From assembly GCA_045544855.1 (NCBI GenBank), contig JAZPZV010000055.1, positions 19,189 through 83,188 of the forward strand: DNA of 64,000 nucleotides, read 5' to 3'. Shown piece by piece: positions 59,672 to 64,000 of this stretch (position 1 is its first letter; each line of letters opens with the position of its first letter). The translations under genes were made by a program, and so were the position numbers. The notes below the pieces were generated by a model that saw nothing but the letters and a program-made list of their open reading frames with translations, made no database searches and was not told the origin of the DNA. Source of the DNA: Eubacteriales bacterium. GTDB lineage: Bacteria > Bacillota > Clostridia > Oscillospirales > CAG-382.

Positions 59672-61174
59672 ATGCCCGGTATTCTTGCAGATTTGACCCC
59701 CGAAAAGGTATTTTACTATTTTGAGCAGATCTCTGCCATTCCCCGCGGTTCGGGGAACGTGAAGAAGATCGCGGATTATCTTTGCTTTTTTGCAAAGGTG
59801 CGCCAATTGGAATGGGAGCGTGATGAAGCCAACAACGTGATCATCCGCAAGCCCGCCACCCCCGGCTATGAGGATGCCGCAACGGTGATCCTTCAGGGAC
59901 ACACGGACATGGTGTGCGCCAAGACGGCGGAAAGCACCCACGATTTTGAGAAGGACGGGCTGGAGCTGCGTCTGGATGGGGACTGGATCTCCGCCAACGG
60001 CACCACTCTGGGCGGGGACAACGGCATCGCCGTGGCCTACGGCTTGGCCATCCTCGCCTCCGACGATCTTGACCATCCCCCGCTGGAGGTGGTGTTCACC
60101 TCCGACGAAGAGATCGGACTTTTAGGCGCCAAGGCTCTGGATATGAGCCGCTTGAAGGGCAAGTTCTTATTGAACCTGGATTCCGAAAGCGAGGGGATCT
60201 TGACCGTTTCCTGCGCAGGAGGCTCCATGACCACCGTGACCCTGCCCTTTACCCGTTCCTTTGAGCAGGGCAAGGTCTCCCGCATCACCTTCGCAGGGCT
60301 TTTGGGCGGTCACTCCGGCGCAGAGATCCACAAGGGGCGCGCCAACGCCGCCGTGCTGGCAGGGGAGTTTTTGGGCAAATGGGGCGGCAAGGTGATCTCC
60401 GCCGTGGGCGGCAGTGCCGACAACGCCATTATGTCCTCTCTGACCTTGGAGGTTCTGGGAGAGGGCGTGGAAGAGGCCGCCAAGGCCTGCGAAGCGGACT
60501 TCCGTACCCGCTACCCCGAGGAGAACATCACCCTCACCGTGGAGACCCTCCACGAAAACGGGGGAGAAGCGGTTTCCGCCGATCTGGGCGGGTATCTGAG
60601 AAAAGCCCCCTACGGCGTGCAGGCTATGAGCAAGGAAATTGAAGGTTTAGTACAGACCTCTCTGAATATCGGCATTCTGGAAACCAAGGAGAATTCCTTC
60701 GTTGCCATCTACTCGGTGAGAAGCTCCGTGGAGGAGGAAAAGAAGGCTTTGAACGCCCGTGTGGCGGAGACTGCCGCTGCCTTTGGCGGCTCTGCGGTGA
60801 CGGAAGGGGAATATCCCGCTTGGGAGTACCGCAAGAAATCCCCCTTACGTGACCTGATGGTGAAGGTATACGAGGATTCCTTCGGCAAGAACATGAAGGT
60901 GGAGGCTATCCACGCAGGGCTGGAATGCGGTCTGTTTGCAGGGGGAATTCCCGGGCTGGACGCAGTTTCCTTCGGCCCCGACATGGCGGACATCCATACC
61001 CCCGCAGAAAGACTTTCCGTTTCCTCCGTGGCGTCCACTTGGCGGTATCTGCTGTCCGCTTTGGCGGCTATGCAGGATCTCCGCGCTCCCGATGAAGAGG
61101 CGGACGAGGAGGAAGAGCCGGAAGAAAAACCCAAGAAGAAAGGATTTTTCGGCTTATGGAATCGGCGGAAGTAA
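59672..61174 (+). CDS. pepD: aminoacyl-histidine dipeptidase (M20 family, PepD) with a charged C-terminal tail
   Basis: FEQISAIPRGSGN and LQGHTDMV motifs. The last ~35 aa are an acidic then basic tail. The stop overlaps the rsmI start (TAATG). Confidence 0.85.
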   Translation: MPGILADLTPEKVFYYFEQISAIPRGSGNVKKIADYLCFFAKVRQLEWERDEANNVIIRKPATPGYEDAATVILQGHTDMVCAKTAESTHDFEKDGLELRLDGDWISANGTTLGGDNGIAVAYGLAILASDDLDHPPLEVVFTSDEEIGLLGAKALDMSRLKGKFLLNLDSESEGILTVSCAGGSMTTVTLPFTRSFEQGKVSRITFAGLLGGHSGAEIHKGRANAAVLAGEFLGKWGGKVISAVGGSADNAIMSSLTLEVLGEGVEEAAKACEADFRTRYPEENITLTVETLHENGGEAVSADLGGYLRKAPYGVQAMSKEIEGLVQTSLNIGILETKENSFVAIYSVRSSVEEEKKALNARVAETAAAFGGSAVTEGEYPAWEYRKKSPLRDLMVKVYEDSFGKNMKVEAIHAGLECGLFAGGIPGLDAVSFGPDMADIHTPAERLSVSSVASTWRYLLSALAAMQDLRAPDEEADEEEEPEEKPKKKGFFGLWNRRK

Positions 61175-62022
61175 TGGGCACTCTGTCCCTGGTGGGCACT
61201 CCCATCGGGAATTTGGGGGACATGAGCCCCCGTGCCGTGGAGACGCTGAAAAACGCCGACCTGATTGCGGCAGAGGACACCCGCACCACCGCCATGCTGT
61301 TGGAAAAATACGGCATCACAGGGGCAAAGGTGCTGCCCAACCATAAATTCAACGAAGAAAATGCCGCGGCGGGCTTTGTAAGAGACCTGCTGGCAGGCAA
61401 GAATATTGCGCTGGTGACGGATGCGGGGATGCCCTGCGTTTCCGACCCGGGTTATCTGCTGGTGGAGGCCGCCGTGAAGGCGGGGGTTTCCGTAACGGCT
61501 GTGCCCGGTCCCTGCGCGGCGGTGACTGCGGTGGCCGTTTCCGGCTTCAACGCCTTGTCCTTCGCCTTCTACGGCTTTTTGCCTCGCACGGCGGGAGATA
61601 TCCGCAAGGTGCTTCGCCGTGTGGAAAAGGAATATTCCCCTCTTTCCGTGTTTTACGAGTCTCCCAACCGTATCATGGACACGGTGGAGCTGGTGGGGGA
61701 GGTACTTTCCGGGTGCAGAGTTTGCGTCTGCAACGATCTGACCAAGAAGTTCGAGCGGATCTATCGGGGAACGCCCTCGGAGGTGCTGGAGCAGCTGAAA
61801 AGCAACCCCAACGCCGCCAAGGGGGAATACGTTCTGCTCATCGAGCGGGGCAAGACCGAGGAGGGGGCAGAGGAAAAGCTTTCCCCCGAGGCAATGCTGG
61901 TGGACCGCATGGTAAAAGAGGGCGTTTCCGCCAAGGAAGCGGTGGCTTTACTGGCGGCGGAAAAGGTGTTGCCCAAAAGAGAGCTTTACGATGCGGCTTT
62001 GCGGTTGAGAGAACTATTGTAA
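61174..62022 (+). CDS. rsmI: 16S rRNA (cytidine1402-2'-O)-methyltransferase
   Basis: GTLSLVGTPIGNLGDMSPRAVETLKNADLIAAEDTR N-terminus. Confidence 0.9.
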   Translation: MGTLSLVGTPIGNLGDMSPRAVETLKNADLIAAEDTRTTAMLLEKYGITGAKVLPNHKFNEENAAAGFVRDLLAGKNIALVTDAGMPCVSDPGYLLVEAAVKAGVSVTAVPGPCAAVTAVAVSGFNALSFAFYGFLPRTAGDIRKVLRRVEKEYSPLSVFYESPNRIMDTVELVGEVLSGCRVCVCNDLTKKFERIYRGTPSEVLEQLKSNPNAAKGEYVLLIERGKTEEGAEEKLSPEAMLVDRMVKEGVSAKEAVALLAAEKVLPKRELYDAALRLRELL

Positions 62023-62062
62023 AACAAGCGATTGCAAAACTACGTTTCAACAGGAGTTTTTT

Positions 62063-63100
62063 ATGGAAAAGATCATACGTGCCTTTTTGCCACAAGCGAA
62101 CATCCCCACCCTGAAGCCCTTGGGCGAAGGGATCATCAATACCACTTATGCGGTGGAGAATTTCGACGGTAAGCTGTTTGTGATCCAGAAGGTGAACACC
62201 AACGTGTTCCCCGATCCCTTGGCGGTGATGAAGAACACCGTTTGCGTGACCGATTGGATGCGCAACCGTCTGCGCGAGGAAGGAAAGAGCACCGAGCGCA
62301 GTGTGCCCGCTTTCCTGCAGACCGTGGATCAGGATTATCTTTACAAAACGGAGGACGGGGAGTATTGGCGTTGCAGTAAGTTCATTCAGGGGGCAACTGC
62401 CCACGTCCACGTCACCGATCCCGCTCTGTTGCTCAATGCGGGCAAGGGTTACGGGGAATTCGTGCGGTTGACCAACGGCTATCCCGCCCACTCCCTCATT
62501 GAGGTGCTTCCCGATTTTCACAACACCAAAAAACGGTTCGAGGCCTTTTTGGAGGCGGTGGAGAACGATCTTGCGGGCAGAGCTCACGAGGTAGACAGAG
62601 AGATCCATCTCCTTAAGGAGCAGGAGGAGCTGGCAGGGAGCATCGTCTCCATGCTGGAATCCGGCGTTCTGCCCTTGCGTGTCACCCACAACGACACCAA
62701 GCTTTCCAACGTGCTGTTGGACGACGAAACGGGAGAAGCGGTTTGCGTGATTGACCTGGATACGGTGATGCCCGGTTCCGTGCTGTACGATTTCGGCGAT
62801 GCCATCCGCAGCGGTGCGGCTTCCGTGGCGGAGGACGAGCCCAAGGTGGACCGCATGAATTTCGTGGCGGAAAACTGCGAGGCCTTCAAGGAAGGGTTCT
62901 TGTCTGCCTGCGGCGATATTTTAGTGCCCGCCGAGGTGGATAACCTGATGCTGGGCGCCCGCGTCATTGTGTTCGAGCAGGCCATGCGCTTCCTGACGGA
63001 CTACTTAAACGGAGACACCTATTACAAAACGTTGTTCCCCGGGCATAATCTGATCCGCACCAGAACCCAGATCAGACTGTTCTCCCAGATCCCGGAATAA
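62063..63100 (+). CDS. APH-fold phosphotransferase, N-acetylhexosamine 1-kinase (NahK)-like
   Basis: Kinase catalytic loop VTHNDTKLSNVLLD and IDLDT. Overall it resembles NahK/LnpB-type kinases. The specificity is not established. Confidence 0.55.
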   Translation: MEKIIRAFLPQANIPTLKPLGEGIINTTYAVENFDGKLFVIQKVNTNVFPDPLAVMKNTVCVTDWMRNRLREEGKSTERSVPAFLQTVDQDYLYKTEDGEYWRCSKFIQGATAHVHVTDPALLLNAGKGYGEFVRLTNGYPAHSLIEVLPDFHNTKKRFEAFLEAVENDLAGRAHEVDREIHLLKEQEELAGSIVSMLESGVLPLRVTHNDTKLSNVLLDDETGEAVCVIDLDTVMPGSVLYDFGDAIRSGAASVAEDEPKVDRMNFVAENCEAFKEGFLSACGDILVPAEVDNLMLGARVIVFEQAMRFLTDYLNGDTYYKTLFPGHNLIRTRTQIRLFSQIPE

Positions 63101-63114
63101 GTTGGAGTTGCAAG

Positions 63115-63912
63115 ATGAAATATATCACAACGGAGATCATGGGCAGACCTTTCCGCGGGTACATCCCCGACGGGACGGAGCGTGCCTACTATCAGGGCAA
63201 GCGTCCTGCGGTGATCATTTTCCCCGGAGGCGGGTACTACTTTACCTACGAGGGAGAGGGAGAGCCCATCGCTTTGCGGTTCGCTTCCCGGGGGATCTGT
63301 GCCTTCGTGCTGGATTACACCTGTACCGACACGGCAGATTCCGCCTACCCCCACGCTCAAAAGCAGGCCTTCGCCTCCATCGCCTACGTGCGAGACCATG
63401 CAAAAGAATGGGGGATCGATCCTCACAACGTTTCCACCTGCGGTTTTTCTGCGGGAGGACATCTGTGCGCCTGCACCGGGGTGCTGTGGAACAAGGAGGA
63501 ATCCTTCTTTGAGGGAGATCCTGCCTACCACCGCCCGGACAAGCTGATCCTGTGCTACCCCGTGATGCGGGGCGGCAAGAACGGCAACCACGGCAGTTTG
63601 CAGAATCTTTACGGCAACACGGAGGTTCCAAAGGAGTTTTTGGATCGCTTCGACCTGCCTCCCAAGGTAGATGGGGCAACGCCCCCCGCCTTCCTGTGGG
63701 CAACGGCGGCGGACGGTGCCGTTCCCGCAACCTGTTCCTTGGATTTCGCTTCCGCTTTGGCAAAGAACGGCGTTCCTTACGAGCTGCATATCTGGCGGGA
63801 CGGTGACCACGGGCTGTGCTTGGGAGACCACGTCACCCAGGCCATGCCCTTCGGCAATCCCTTGCCCGTGGCGGAATGGATATCCCTGGCTACAAGATTT
63901 CTTTACACCTAA
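63115..63912 (+). CDS. alpha/beta hydrolase (acetyl-esterase-like)
   Basis: FPGGGY oxyanion-type motif and nucleophile elbow GFSAGGH. Confidence 0.7.
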   Translation: MKYITTEIMGRPFRGYIPDGTERAYYQGKRPAVIIFPGGGYYFTYEGEGEPIALRFASRGICAFVLDYTCTDTADSAYPHAQKQAFASIAYVRDHAKEWGIDPHNVSTCGFSAGGHLCACTGVLWNKEESFFEGDPAYHRPDKLILCYPVMRGGKNGNHGSLQNLYGNTEVPKEFLDRFDLPPKVDGATPPAFLWATAADGAVPATCSLDFASALAKNGVPYELHIWRDGDHGLCLGDHVTQAMPFGNPLPVAEWISLATRFLYT

Positions 63913-63941
63913 AAAATTACACACATAAAGGAGACAACATC

Positions 63942-64000
63942 ATGGCAAAGATCGGCGCACTTCTGGGTTACGGACCCCAGACCGATATCGACGCAGCGTT
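63942..64000 (+). CDS. 5' end of an unidentified CDS (continues beyond the window)
   Basis: ATG at 63942 with AAAGGAG RBS. Only 19 codons are visible. Confidence 0.35.
   Translation, partial: MAKIGALLGYGPQTDIDAA

Overview
This 64-kb window comes from a high-GC Firmicute. Gene order and protein sequences look like Clostridia, possibly Oscillospiraceae/Ruminococcaceae, but that is inference only. Nearly all of it is core housekeeping DNA. It holds a partial GH38 mannosidase, a Fic protein, a TetR plus oxidoreductase pair, and metF-metH. On the minus strand are rnj-murA, followed on the plus strand by rpmH-rnpA-yidD-yidC-jag. Next comes rpoB-rpoC-L7Ae-rpsL-rpsG-fusA-tuf, then an FMN riboswitch with ribU and a GHL10-like lipoprotein. 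After that are xpt with a BMP-family nucleoside ABC transporter, a DUF4855-like gene, and an ECF sigma/anti-sigma/lipoprotein module. The rest is a SulP transporter, a double NodB deacetylase, malic enzyme, a C40 peptidase, miaB-ymcA-like-mutS-mutL, a RAYT-type Y1 transposase, tgt, pepD, rsmI, a NahK-like kinase and an esterase. I found no defence island, CRISPR array, prophage or obvious new multi-gene system. The feature that standard annotation does not explain is a family of modular, hairpin-rich repeats bounded by GTCAYCCTGAG...CTCAGGRTGAC. It expands four intergenic regions (9.46-10.55, 16.9-17.9, 44.4-45.5 and 55.3-55.6 kb), up to about 1.1 kb each and about 3.4 kb in total. One inverted pair of about 370 bp brackets the rnj-to-jag block. 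A separate REP pair sits next to the RAYT gene. Two leader regions also deserve a second look. The FMN riboswitch starts about 24 nt after the tuf stop and has no visible promoter of its own. The xpt leader is about 190 nt, ends in a terminator, and does not look like the canonical purine aptamer. Many long antisense ORFs in the track are codon-aligned shadows of real genes and were rejected.
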